Source of the DNA: a virus
IMG/VR virus record: IMGVR_UViG_3300037248_000024
Coordinates: 34,051 to 98,050 of that record
Direction: 5' to 3' (one strand)
Length of the DNA: 64,000 bases
Shown: piece after piece, positions 29,619 through 39,639 of the stretch
Numbering within the stretch: the first letter of the stretch is position 1
How the letters are laid out: the number at the start of each line of letters is the position of its first letter
The notes under the pieces: model-generated
What the model saw: the letters and a program-made list of their open reading frames with translations, nothing else
Told to the model about the DNA's origin: nothing
The model's database searches: none
Program-made: the position numbers and the translations under genes

Positions 29619-30515
29619 ATGGCCAGCCCCGGTTCACTCACCGCGCGGATCGTCGCGGAAGGCGGCACGGTAACGCAAGGTTTCCTTGTGCCGATCGATC
29701 ATATCCACGTCGAACCGGGGTTCAACCTTCGAATCCCCGGTCCTGACCTGGATGCCCATATCCGCTGGCTCGCGGATCAGATCAAGCGCGTTGGGTTCGA
29801 CAGCACGCAACCCCTGGCCGTGATCCGGCATCCCGAACTGGATGGTCATGTCATCATCCGCAAGGGGCATTGCCGATACCAGGGCGCCGTTCTGGCCAGG
29901 AAAGAGGGGCGCGAAATCGTCGCGCTACCCTGTCTGCCGGAACCGCGCGGCAGCAACGAGGTCATCCAGACCTACCAACTCGGGACCTCGAACAGTGGAC
30001 TTGGGTTGAACTATCTGGAATACGCTGCCGCCGTGATGCGGTTGCGATCTTATGGCGAGAAAGACGATCAAATCGTCGCGGGTTTCGGCAAGAACAAGGA
30101 ATGGTTGGCTCGGGTTCTCGATCTGAACGAAGCGCCCGTCGCCGTTCGTGAACTGGTGCAACAGGGCAAGGTCACGCAAACCGATGCCTTGATCGTCCAC
30201 AAACGAGAGAAAGCCAACGCGCCGACCGTGTTGCGCGCCGCGGTTGAACGCGCCAACGCCAGGAACAAGAAGCGGGCCACCGGCCAGGACATCAAAGCCG
30301 TCACCGAACGCCCCGCACCGCCCCGCACCGATCCGCCATCCCAGAAACCGGACCTCGCGGCTGATGCGGACTCTGTTATTCGCGCATACAGAAACGCCGG
30401 TCCTCTCAGCCTTGATATCCCGCACGCGCTCGCCGCCGCCCTGGCCAAGCTGGCCGATCATTTTCCGCCGCCAACAGAACCTCAACTTCAACTCACAGAG
30501 GAAGTCGCCGCATGA
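29619..30515 (+). CDS. ParB-like protein
   Basis: IHVEPGFNLR...GHCRY followed by a HTH; alternative start at 29604. Confidence 0.8.
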   Translation: MASPGSLTARIVAEGGTVTQGFLVPIDHIHVEPGFNLRIPGPDLDAHIRWLADQIKRVGFDSTQPLAVIRHPELDGHVIIRKGHCRYQGAVLARKEGREIVALPCLPEPRGSNEVIQTYQLGTSNSGLGLNYLEYAAAVMRLRSYGEKDDQIVAGFGKNKEWLARVLDLNEAPVAVRELVQQGKVTQTDALIVHKREKANAPTVLRAAVERANARNKKRATGQDIKAVTERPAPPRTDPPSQKPDLAADADSVIRAYRNAGPLSLDIPHALAAALAKLADHFPPPTEPQLQLTEEVAA

Positions 30516-31204
30516 TCTCGACATTCTGCCGCGCCGATAGGCTCGCACTCGCTACCTTGTTCCAGAGCAAGGAGGAAACCAGATACTATCTGAATGGGGT
30601 GTTTATCCAGGCCGCAGGCAATGATGGCGTCAATCTGGTGACAACGGACGGCCATCGCATGGCTGTGTTTCATGATGGCGCGGGCCTGACAGGAGCGCCG
30701 TGCATCGTGCCGCTTCCAAAGATTGCCATTGACATCGTTCGGAAGCGCAAAACTCGGGAGTTCTGCTGGTTCGGCATCGTTGGCGAACACACCGGGACGG
30801 GACGCCATGAATGCCGCATTTTCGATACGACCGATCAGGCATCCGAACTCGATGAGGTCCGGGAACGGATGCTGGACCCAAAAGACCGAGGTATCATCTG
30901 GAATGGCGCGATTGATCTGATTGACGGCACCTATCCAGAATGGGCCAGGGTTGTGCCGAAACAGATTCCGAAAAATGGGGCGTCGTGCCATTTCAATGGT
31001 AAACTGTTCGCGGACTTCACGGCGGTTGCCAAGGATCGAAATGACGTTCCGAGCGTCATGGTTTACACCAATGGTAACGAGCCGTCTCTCGTTACCTGCG
31101 GGCGAGACGATTTCGTCGGCGTTCTAATGCCGATGCAAGGCGATGAACGAGCGCTTCGCGAGGATATGCGAGGGTGTTTTACGCCATCGTGGTTGCATCC
31201 GTGA
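30512..31204 (+). CDS. truncated DNA polymerase III beta-clamp-like protein
   Basis: ETRYYLNGV, TTDGHRM, IDGTYPEWARVVP, VLMPM. Confidence 0.85.
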   Translation: MISTFCRADRLALATLFQSKEETRYYLNGVFIQAAGNDGVNLVTTDGHRMAVFHDGAGLTGAPCIVPLPKIAIDIVRKRKTREFCWFGIVGEHTGTGRHECRIFDTTDQASELDEVRERMLDPKDRGIIWNGAIDLIDGTYPEWARVVPKQIPKNGASCHFNGKLFADFTAVAKDRNDVPSVMVYTNGNEPSLVTCGRDDFVGVLMPMQGDERALREDMRGCFTPSWLHP

Positions 31205-31907
31205 TTAGCATCCGACGCTTGAGGCGGCGCGGCAGAAACGAGAAAGTCGCATGACCACCACCCTCATCTCCAAATACGACACCCGCCCGCCGGACCGCAC
31301 CACGCGATGGTGGCGCGTGCTGCACCGCCTTGATGACATGCGGCACAGGCGCAAACAACTGGCCCGCGACCTAGCCAGGCTGGATCGGGCCATCGCGGAG
31401 AAAGAGGCGGAACTGAGCGCGCTGGTTTTGAAGGAGTAAATGGGATGGCGGACAACAAACAGGCCCAGGTCGCGGATCAATGCCGATGCGTCGCGGGCCT
31501 TTGCCGCGCCATCGCGGCAGTTCATCAGGATTACGCCACTCTGTTCAATGAGGGCCGCATGGAAGACGTCGCTGACCAGATAGGCAATCGAACCGCCGCG
31601 CTCATGGAGGAACTGGGCAACATCCTGAACGGCATGGACGCGGTTGACGGCGCCGACGAATGGATGGACCCGATTTTCGCCGAGGCGCACAGAATGTTTC
31701 CGCAATCATCATGACCTTGCACCTGACAACCTGCCACAACGCCCATCCCTTCCCATGCGATTCGGAGATCAAGGAACTGGCGCGGCGTCTGGCCCATGGC
31801 AGGAGGATCGACTCCGCCGATGGTCCGTTTTTCGTTCCGTTCATCGTTCAGAGTGGTTCCCGTGACGCCGGGGTCGTGGTGGCGGTGTTGGGGAGGGCGG
31901 TGGGGCG

Positions 31908-32483
31908 GTGACGGGCACCAAAAAAGACAGCGGCTACGACCGCGATCCCGACGACTGGTATGTTGAAAATGAAGCCTGCGTTCGCTCGTTATTCGACGCC
32001 ATGCCGTGGTTCCGCGCGAATGGCGCCCATGATCCTTGCTGTGGTGGCGGCAACATTCCGCACGTCGCCGCGAAAATGGGTATAGCGGTCAGCGGTGCCG
32101 ATAAGGTTGATCGCTGCAACGGCGGCTTCCCTGTCCGGGAGTTCCTGTCCGACAACACGCGGCGCAAAGCAATCGTAACCAATCCACCATTCGGTATCGC
32201 CATCGAGATCGTCAAACACGCGTTGGATGTTGTTGATGACGGCGGCTATGTCGCGATCATCGGTCAGGCGAAGTTTCTGTTCTCTCAGGCACGGCATCCA
32301 TTGTTCATGCGGCGTGAGATGGATCGTGTACTGGTGTTGTCGAAGCGGCCTTCCATGCCGCCAGGGAAATTGCTGGCGGAGAAGGGAGAGGAGGTGCGTG
32401 GAAATGGCTTCCACGACTTTTGCTGGTTCGTTTGGCGGGTTGGTAAAACATCGCCGGGCGCTGCGATTTCGTGGCTCCCATGA
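31908..32483 (+). CDS. DNA adenine methyltransferase (small phage type)
   Basis: DPCCGGG followed by IVTNPPF. Confidence 0.85.
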   Translation: MTGTKKDSGYDRDPDDWYVENEACVRSLFDAMPWFRANGAHDPCCGGGNIPHVAAKMGIAVSGADKVDRCNGGFPVREFLSDNTRRKAIVTNPPFGIAIEIVKHALDVVDDGGYVAIIGQAKFLFSQARHPLFMRREMDRVLVLSKRPSMPPGKLLAEKGEEVRGNGFHDFCWFVWRVGKTSPGAAISWLP

Positions 32484-32496
32484 CGGGACGCGGCGG

Positions 32497-33288
32497 ATGA
32501 GCGTGCGGGTCGAACGGATCGGGGATGCGACGCTGTATCTGGGGGATGCTGCCGAGGTTATTCCCATCTTGCCGATGATCGAACTCGTCATCACCGATCC
32601 CCCATTCAGTAGCGGCGCTCGCACCGACAGCGAGCGGCAGGTGCGCGGTGCCATGCTGCGATCCATGGAAGATGCCGATTGGTTCAGCCACGACGCGATG
32701 ACCACCTGGGGATTTACGTGGTTCCTGCGTTCGGCGTTTTCAGCGCTGCGTCAGCGTATGATTCCAGGCGCGCACGCCTATGTGTTCATTGACTGGCGAC
32801 AAACGCCAACCGTGTATGGGCTGATGGAAGCGACGGGCTTTCGGGTGAACCATTGTCTTGTCTGGGCTAAGCCGCATTTTGGCATGGGTTCCTATTGGCG
32901 CAATCAGCACGAAAACATCGTGTTCGCCAGCAACGGAATGCCGAACGACATGCTTGATCGAGGTATGGGTAGCGTACTGCGTCACCCAGCGGTTTCGCCT
33001 GATGCTCGCGTTCACCCAACCGAAAAGCCCGTTGGATTGCTTGAAGCAATCATCACCGCCGTTCCTGGTGCGGTCGTTTTTGATCCGTTCATGGGAAGCG
33101 GCAGTGCGGCCGCGGCTGCGTTACTCTGTGGCCGATCATTCATCGGGTGCGAGATCAATCCACATCATTTCGATGTCGCTTGTCAACGCGCTGAAGCAGC
33201 TCGGCGTGCCGGGCCACGTATGCAATGGATGGCGCAGCCACCCGAAGACCAACGCATCGCTGATCTTTTCGCGGAACCGGAAACCTAG
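32497..33288 (+). CDS. beta-class N4C/N6A DNA methyltransferase
   Basis: ITDPPF ... HPTEKP ... DPFMGSG. Confidence 0.92.
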   Translation: MSVRVERIGDATLYLGDAAEVIPILPMIELVITDPPFSSGARTDSERQVRGAMLRSMEDADWFSHDAMTTWGFTWFLRSAFSALRQRMIPGAHAYVFIDWRQTPTVYGLMEATGFRVNHCLVWAKPHFGMGSYWRNQHENIVFASNGMPNDMLDRGMGSVLRHPAVSPDARVHPTEKPVGLLEAIITAVPGAVVFDPFMGSGSAAAAALLCGRSFIGCEINPHHFDVACQRAEAARRAGPRMQWMAQPPEDQRIADLFAEPET

Positions 33289-33326
33289 CGGCCTCTTCGC
33301 CCACCTCACCTGACCCGCCGCCGGGG

Positions 33327-33355
33327 TTGACAGGCCCAAGCCACCATGATACCAC
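33327..33355 (+). promoter_or_regulatory. sigma70-like promoter (leaderless)
   Basis: TTGACA-17-TACCAC-7-ATG. Confidence 0.55.
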
Positions 33356-33362
33356 CAGCGTC

Positions 33363-33548
33363 ATGAACGCCATGACGATCCGTTTCGATGACGCCGACAT
33401 GAAGGAACTCGACTGGCTCGCCCGGCAGTTGAACGGCGATAAGCCGCGCGGGCTGTCTTACAACGAGGTGTTGCGGATCGCGTTGCGGAATGAGGTCAAG
33501 CGAGTGATGGCGGGTGGGGTGAAGAAAGCGAGGAAGGTGAAGCAATGA
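33363..33548 (+). CDS. ribbon-helix-helix protein
   Basis: AMTIRFDDADMKELDWLAR...SYNEVLRIAL. Confidence 0.75.
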   Translation: MNAMTIRFDDADMKELDWLARQLNGDKPRGLSYNEVLRIALRNEVKRVMAGGVKKARKVKQ

Positions 33549-33931
33549 CACAAACATTCCCTACCGAAGTGGCATGGGCATTCTTCATGACACACCACGC
33601 GGACATTCGCGCCTGTTGCGAACGATTCCTTCCGGTGCCGGAGTTCCAAATCCCGAACACCCGCGTTGTGTTGGTCGCTCCAGACGGATCAGAAATGGTC
33701 ACCGAGCGAAGGGCGGCGATGTCACTGCCTGTCACAAATCTGATTTCTGATTTCGACGCGGCGGTGCGGGCTAAGGACGCCGCGCGATTGACCCGTATCA
33801 TGAACGACGCCTGGATAAGGGCGCCGGAAAGCCGAAGGGTCTACGACATACCAGGGTTCTCCGCGATGTGCGATTTGTTGGATGGCACCGTGGATGGATT
33901 CTTTGATCCTGGCGGTGAGTGCGATGAATGA
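33545..33931 (+). CDS. hypothetical protein
   Basis: ATGA-coupled ORF. Confidence 0.6.
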   Translation: MTQTFPTEVAWAFFMTHHADIRACCERFLPVPEFQIPNTRVVLVAPDGSEMVTERRAAMSLPVTNLISDFDAAVRAKDAARLTRIMNDAWIRAPESRRVYDIPGFSAMCDLLDGTVDGFFDPGGECDE

Positions 33932-33970
33932 TGGCGGCGATGTGGGTTCGCGGGGGAAGGGGAGGCGGGG

Positions 33971-34771
33971 GTGAGTGACGACAGCGGTTCACTATCTATA
34001 ATTACCAGGGTGAGCGCTATTTCTCATGGATTATCAAGATTCTTTACCGGAAAACCATGCAAACGGCATCATGTTGCTGAACGATTTGTCATAGGCGGTG
34101 ACTGTGTATTATGCAGACCTATCCGAGCTGCCGAATGGGAAGAACAAAACCCAGGTGCGCGACGTGCAAACCTAAAAAACTGGCAAAAAGCGTTCCCCGA
34201 ACGTCAACTGCAAGCTACTCTGAGATGGCGTGAAGCCAACAGAGACAAAGTCTTGGCCACAAGCGCCGCATACAAGGTAGCAAATGCTGAAAGTATTGCG
34301 GCTAAAAAATATACCCGTTGCCGGACGAATGAATACCGCATCATGAACCGAGACGCACAAAGAGTCAGGCGCGCGAACACAGAAAAAAGAGAAAATGATA
34401 AGTTGGTCTTACGCAACTGGCGAAGCAGACCTGAGGTGGCGGAGCATCTAAGAAAAGCCGCCTCCGTATGGCAGAAAAATAACCCCGATAAAGTAAGGAC
34501 CATCAATCGCAATAGTAAAGCCCGGCGCAAAAAGGCGGAAGGACGCCATACAGCACAAGATATTGCGAACATTTATCAGTTGCAGAGGGGTAAATGCGCG
34601 ATATGTAAAAGTGCATTAAATGGAAAATACCACGTCGATCATATTGTGGCGCTAAAAAACGGAGGCTCGAATTGGCCTCGCAATCTTCAATGCCTTTGTC
34701 CACCGTGCAATCTGAGAAAGTCTGACAAACATCCTGTAGTTTTTGCTCAAGAAAGAGGATTGCTCCTGTGA
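33971..34771 (+). CDS. HNH endonuclease
   Basis: CAIC...HVDHIVALKNGGSNWPRNLQCLCPPCNLRK; lower GC than flanks. Confidence 0.93.
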   Translation: MSDDSGSLSIITRVSAISHGLSRFFTGKPCKRHHVAERFVIGGDCVLCRPIRAAEWEEQNPGARRANLKNWQKAFPERQLQATLRWREANRDKVLATSAAYKVANAESIAAKKYTRCRTNEYRIMNRDAQRVRRANTEKRENDKLVLRNWRSRPEVAEHLRKAASVWQKNNPDKVRTINRNSKARRKKAEGRHTAQDIANIYQLQRGKCAICKSALNGKYHVDHIVALKNGGSNWPRNLQCLCPPCNLRKSDKHPVVFAQERGLLL

Positions 34772-35481
34772 GTTTCTGGTTCCTCGCAACACCATATTCC
34801 CGTTTTCCCGACGGCATTGAGGCGGCTTTCAATTTAGCGGTCGAAGCGCGCGGCCTTTTGCTCAAGGCCGGAGTCCCGGTGTTCAGTCCCATTATTCATT
34901 CTCATCCGGTCGCGGTTCGATGCGGCATTGATCCTCTCGATCATTCAATTTGGCTTCCAAGCGAGGCGCCGATTCTTCGAAGTGCGATTGGATTGATAAT
35001 GCTGCGTGCGGAATCCTGGGGAATCAGTTACGGGATGAACCATGAGAAAAAGACATTTGAAGCGGCTGGAAAACCCGTAATCTGGATGGATGTAGGAGTC
35101 GTACCGGAGTATTTCACGGCTAAGAGGATAGCCGCACCGTTAGACCCCCAATCCCCTCTCATCGAATTTCTGGACAAATGCGCCGCTCTTGGTAATGCGC
35201 CACGAGAAGATCGCATCCGATCCGCCGTGAATGATTTGCGGGAGTTATATCCGCTTCTCACGGCATGGTTAGGTTATGGGAAGACGGAGGGGGTTCTCCA
35301 TCCATGTGATGATGGGATTCCATGGGGTCATCATCCCGGCGGTGGGGAGTGGGTCCCTATCAACAAGACGCCACTTCTCGCCGCTGGACTGGGACCGGCA
35401 CCTTTTTATGCCATGATCGGCGGGGTGTTTACGTATGTCGTGCATGAAGCGCCAGCGACTCCCTCTATTTCTGATGCCTGA
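34768..35481 (+). CDS. DUF1937-like protein with C-terminal extension
   Basis: FLATPYS...VFSPIIHSHP...SYGMNHE. Confidence 0.8.
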   Translation: MSFWFLATPYSRFPDGIEAAFNLAVEARGLLLKAGVPVFSPIIHSHPVAVRCGIDPLDHSIWLPSEAPILRSAIGLIMLRAESWGISYGMNHEKKTFEAAGKPVIWMDVGVVPEYFTAKRIAAPLDPQSPLIEFLDKCAALGNAPREDRIRSAVNDLRELYPLLTAWLGYGKTEGVLHPCDDGIPWGHHPGGGEWVPINKTPLLAAGLGPAPFYAMIGGVFTYVVHEAPATPSISDA

Positions 35482-36052
35482 TTTGGACGCCACTAAACCG
35501 TGGATACAAAACAGTCCTGAGCAGCGCCTGTCTGTAGCAACCTATCGTTTATTGAAACGAACGCTTCTCTCACCAAAATACATAACCGCGATCCATGACA
35601 GCGACGGCGGAGGCCGTAGCGATCTCCAAAGAATCAGGGATGCGAACAGAGGTATCACAACGGGTCAGTTGGATTTTGATGTGGTGCAAGGGGTAACGGT
35701 GGAATTGAGAGATGGCACCTCCGTTGTTCGCGCCCTCTGCCGGAAGCTGGAACTGAAACGCGGTAAAAACACATTATCCCCACGCCAGAAAATAACTGTA
35801 AGTGTGCTAACGGCATGTGGTGCTCCTCCAATCATCGCATGGACATTGGCCGAAGTGCATGATGGATTGAAAGCCGCCGGATTCAGATTTGGGAATAATG
35901 TGGGATACGTGCTGCCACATTTAGAAGAGGAACTGGGAGAATGGGATCGAAAAGCAGAGGCTATTTTAAGTGGGGAAATCATTCAGAAAAGACAGTATGC
36001 TGGCGGTCGGCCCAAGGAACGAACAAAACCTGGGCTGACGTGGAAATTGTGA
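35474..36052 (+). CDS. VRR-NUC-like PD-(D/E)XK nuclease
   Basis: GITTGQLD...LELKRGKNTLSPRQ. Confidence 0.7.
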   Translation: MPDLDATKPWIQNSPEQRLSVATYRLLKRTLLSPKYITAIHDSDGGGRSDLQRIRDANRGITTGQLDFDVVQGVTVELRDGTSVVRALCRKLELKRGKNTLSPRQKITVSVLTACGAPPIIAWTLAEVHDGLKAAGFRFGNNVGYVLPHLEEELGEWDRKAEAILSGEIIQKRQYAGGRPKERTKPGLTWKL

Positions 36053-36062
36053 TGGGCGGGGG

Positions 36063-36090
36063 TTGACATGGTGCGAGAGTGGTGTATATC
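36063..36090 (+). promoter_or_regulatory. sigma70-like promoter (leaderless)
   Basis: TTGACA-16-TATATC-6-ATG(36097). Confidence 0.6.
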
Positions 36091-36096
36091 TGCCTC

Positions 36097-36255
36097 ATGG
36101 TTGGTCAAGTGAGTAGTACCGCACGAGAGAGTGAACGTCAGTCTGTGACGTTCACCAGTCCACAAATGGCCTTTCTGAAAAAGGAAGCCAAGAAATTGGG
36201 CGTTTCCGTGGGGGAGCTTATTCGACGCATCGTGGATCAGTTCAGAGGGGCATGA
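36097..36255 (+). CDS. CopG-like ribbon-helix-helix protein (52 aa)
   Basis: ERQSVTFTSPQMAFLKKEAKKLGVSVGELIRRIVD; read by eye, not in the ORF track. Confidence 0.8.
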   Translation: MVGQVSSTARESERQSVTFTSPQMAFLKKEAKKLGVSVGELIRRIVDQFRGA

Positions 36256-36256
36256 A

Positions 36257-37225
36257 GTGGCCTACCGCCGAGAAGGAGGTATATACTGCATTCGACATAC
36301 GGACGGTCGTTCTTATGTTGGGTCGGCAGTTTCCTTTACCCGTAGATGGTACTCTCATCGCCGTGAACTTAATCGCGGCACTCATCATTCTAAAAAACTA
36401 CAACACGCCTGGACAAAATATGGTTCTGAAGCGTTTTCATTCATTATTTTAGAGGCGGTGGAAGATCGTGCTAACCTTCTGGTCCGTGAACAATTTTGGA
36501 TTGACCATCTGAAATCTGCCAGCCGCAGCGGCCTGAATATGTGTCCAAATTCTCGTAGCCAACTTGGTATGCGACATTCGGAAGACGCCAAGCGACGGAT
36601 AGGGGAAAAAGGTCTCGGTCGAAAAATGAGCGCGGAAAGCAGGCGAAAATTAAGTGATAGCAAAAAAGGTATAAGACCAAGCGCCGCGACAATTGAAAAA
36701 ATGAGAATCCGAATGTTAGGTCACATTCGGTCTCCTGAATCCCGCGCAAAGGGGGCGGCCTCTAACCGGGGCCGCATCACGCCGCCAGAGGTGCGCGCTA
36801 AACAGAGCGCGGCCAAGATCGGGAAGAAAGCAACTCCAGAGCATCGTGAAAATGTCAGACGTGCCCGATTGGGTGTCGGTCTTTCCGAGGCGGCAAAAAA
36901 GAAACTTAGCTTGGCTAACAAAGGCCGAGTTCATACAGCGGAAGCGCGTGCGAAAATTAGCGCCGGAAAGATCGGAAAGCCACGTAGCGCAGAAGCCAGG
37001 GCTAAACAAAGTGCCTCGCGAATGGGTATAAAATTGAGTATAGAAACACGTTCTAAGATGAGTGTCGCTCAGACTGGTCGTAAACATACGCCAGAGACGC
37101 GTGCAAAAATTGGCGCCGCTCATAAAGGTCGTAAACACAGCCCCGAGATGATCGCAAAATATATCGTCACTCGCGTTCGAAACAATCGTATCCGAGCGAT
37201 GCAACAGGAGAACATCCATGCCTGA
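36257..37225 (+). CDS. GIY-YIG homing endonuclease with NUMOD3 repeats
   Basis: GIYCI...SYVGS...RW..H...REQFWI followed by about 12 tandem 17-aa repeats. Confidence 0.93.
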   Translation: MAYRREGGIYCIRHTDGRSYVGSAVSFTRRWYSHRRELNRGTHHSKKLQHAWTKYGSEAFSFIILEAVEDRANLLVREQFWIDHLKSASRSGLNMCPNSRSQLGMRHSEDAKRRIGEKGLGRKMSAESRRKLSDSKKGIRPSAATIEKMRIRMLGHIRSPESRAKGAASNRGRITPPEVRAKQSAAKIGKKATPEHRENVRRARLGVGLSEAAKKKLSLANKGRVHTAEARAKISAGKIGKPRSAEARAKQSASRMGIKLSIETRSKMSVAQTGRKHTPETRAKIGAAHKGRKHSPEMIAKYIVTRVRNNRIRAMQQENIHA

Positions 37226-38177
37226 CGGAACAACGAATGCGCCCCGCGCACGCCGCAGCAAACTTCTCGCGGTCCCCCCTGAATCGATCCAACCAAAGCG
37301 TCCGAAGTTTCTGATTTATGGACCGCCAGGAGTGGGGAAAAGCTGGGTCGCCGCAGACTATCCATCGTGCTACTACATAGATACGGAGGGCGGCGCTGAT
37401 ATGGATCAGTACCAAGCAAAGTTACGCGCATCTGGCGGCGTCTACCTTGGACCAGGTGAAGGATCACTTGATTTTGATGTGGTTATTGACCAAATGAAAG
37501 CCTTGGCCGAAGAAAATCATCCATACCGCACCGTCGTGATTGATTCCATTTCCAAATTGTGGAATGTGGCTCTCACAGATGAACAAGAGGCTCTCGGCGA
37601 CAAGGATGCTTTTGGGGCTTATAAAAAGCTGCCGACTCGTAAATTTGCCTCTTTGCTGAAATGGGTAAATCGCCTCGACCTCAATGTTATTTTCATCGCG
37701 CATCAGAAAGAAATCTGGGGCCTGAACGACAAAAAGCAACGCGAGGTCATTGGGTATGGTGCGGACGCGCAAGATAAATTGGAATACGATCTCCATCTCG
37801 TGTTGCGCATTGCCAAGATAGGACCATCGCGTTACGCCTATATTGGTAAGTCTCGGCTTCCCAGTTTCCCAGAGGGCGAACGGTTCAACTGGTCGTACGC
37901 AGACTTCGCCGATCGTTATGGAAAAGATGTCATTGAAAAAGAAGCGGTTCCGCTCGATCTGGCGACACCGGAGCAACTCACAGAACTTAACCGCTTATTG
38001 AGCTTCGTTAAGATGCCCGACGATTGGGAGGCTAAAGTGTTCAAAGTCGCTGGTATCGAAGCATGGGAAGAAATCGACGCCACGAAAATCGCTGCCATCA
38101 TCGACATGCTGAAAAAGCGAATCAATGGAGGTGGTGGAAACGAAGAAGACGGTGCGGCGACCGCCAAAGCGACGTGA
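37218..38177 (+). CDS. AAA_24 / Sak4-like ATPase recombinase
   Basis: IYGPPGVGKS, IDTEGG, VVIDSIS, IFIAH. Confidence 0.88.
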   Translation: MPDGTTNAPRARRSKLLAVPPESIQPKRPKFLIYGPPGVGKSWVAADYPSCYYIDTEGGADMDQYQAKLRASGGVYLGPGEGSLDFDVVIDQMKALAEENHPYRTVVIDSISKLWNVALTDEQEALGDKDAFGAYKKLPTRKFASLLKWVNRLDLNVIFIAHQKEIWGLNDKKQREVIGYGADAQDKLEYDLHLVLRIAKIGPSRYAYIGKSRLPSFPEGERFNWSYADFADRYGKDVIEKEAVPLDLATPEQLTELNRLLSFVKMPDDWEAKVFKVAGIEAWEEIDATKIAAIIDMLKKRINGGGGNEEDGAATAKAT

Positions 38178-38403
38178 AATTCATCCCACTACCATCGTCA
38201 TCTCCGCGCTCGTTACGCCGGGACAGGATTGACGGCGACCCTCCCGTTACGTTGGAACTGGTCTATGACCCCAGAGACGGCAAGAAATATCTATCTCTTG
38301 GGGTTGGAGATAGGGCGGTACGGCGATCGTGGCTGTCCGTAAATGCAGTAACCGGACTATCCAAAAGTGTGTTGTCAATGTTGAAAGAAATGGAGAAAAC
38401 CAC

Positions 38404-38937
38404 ATGAGACTCGAAAAAACCATCACCAAGGAAGAAGCCGACGCTGGCGGCGGATTTAAGCCGTGGCCCGACGGGACATACGACTTTGAAATCAAGGAGG
38501 CCGCCGATGATGTCAGTAAGGCTGGAAATTCCCAGATCAAGCTGACATTGTGGGTCTATGACGATGAAGGTCATCGGCGCATGATTTTCGACTATCTCGG
38601 AGCCAGTGAGGCCGGGCAATTCAAGGTTCGTCATTTCTGCGAATCCATCGGAATGATTCGGCAGTATGAAGAAGGAAATCTGGAACCCGACGAGATGGAA
38701 GGGAAGACCGGACGCGTACGGCTGGGATATAAAAAAGCCCAGGGGGACTACCCAGAAGGCAATCAGGTGCGCGACTATGTTTCAGGTGGAGACGAAGCGC
38801 CGCGCGCCGCTCGCCCGGCGTCAGCATCGCGCGCAGCCGCTCCAGCCACTTCGCGTCCGGCATCGGCGCCGCGTGCTTCGCAAAGCACCGGGGCCATGAT
38901 CGACGATGACATTCCCTTTGCTCCTGAGTGGCGATGA
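38404..38937 (+). CDS. DUF669-like single-stranded DNA-binding protein
   Basis: PDGTYDFEI...SKAGN...; acidic tail DDDIPF. Confidence 0.85.
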   Translation: MRLEKTITKEEADAGGGFKPWPDGTYDFEIKEAADDVSKAGNSQIKLTLWVYDDEGHRRMIFDYLGASEAGQFKVRHFCESIGMIRQYEEGNLEPDEMEGKTGRVRLGYKKAQGDYPEGNQVRDYVSGGDEAPRAARPASASRAAAPATSRPASAPRASQSTGAMIDDDIPFAPEWR

Positions 38938-39639
38938 GTCTCCACACCCAACCCAACGTGGTCGAACTGAAACATGGTCGCGGATCAAATCGATCCGTGA
39001 TCCTGGTTCAGAAAGAACCGCCTCGGAAATGGCTGGCTCGTGTGAGGTGGTCGTCAGCAAAGAAGCTATGGTTGGTTACCAAAGGGGAGCCTCTCGCGTT
39101 GGGTAAGGTCGTCGCCTCCGCGCATGGTTTTGAAAGTGCGCGAGAGTTGGCGCATAAGATGGCGCTGTTGTGATGCCCGCACCCTCTCCAAAACCAATCT
39201 TTACCCCACCGCAAACTCCACCTTCTCACACCGGCTCTCTATGGCTCAACCCAGACAAAACCATCGGAGGCATCATTTCCGATGTGTTCAATGAGCCGAT
39301 TCATTTCGTCGGAACCAAGGTTCCTGGAGAGGCGGAATATCGTGTGAGGGGTTGGCGTGGGGTAGGTCCGGAGTTTCGCCGTCTTCCCATTGAGGGGGCG
39401 CCGCGAGAAGATGGGTTGCCTGATGGCGCGCCATCCGCTCCCTGTAAAATTTGCGAAGGAAGATTATTTTGGCGAGCGTCCATAATTTCTGGGGGCGGCT
39501 CCGGACCATGGCGCTGTGCCACATGCGAACCCGCCGATTCCTCGCTTTGGCTCGACGGTTTGGCTGTTCCGCCATCGTCTAAAGCCACCACTTTGCAGCC
39601 CTCATCCAAACCAACGCCACCTAAAGAAGGCAGCCTCCT

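Noticed and set aside
32497-33288. Calling the beta-class MTase ccrM
   Set aside because: The motif order fits the class, but CcrM-specific sequence and its C-terminal domain are not recognisable.
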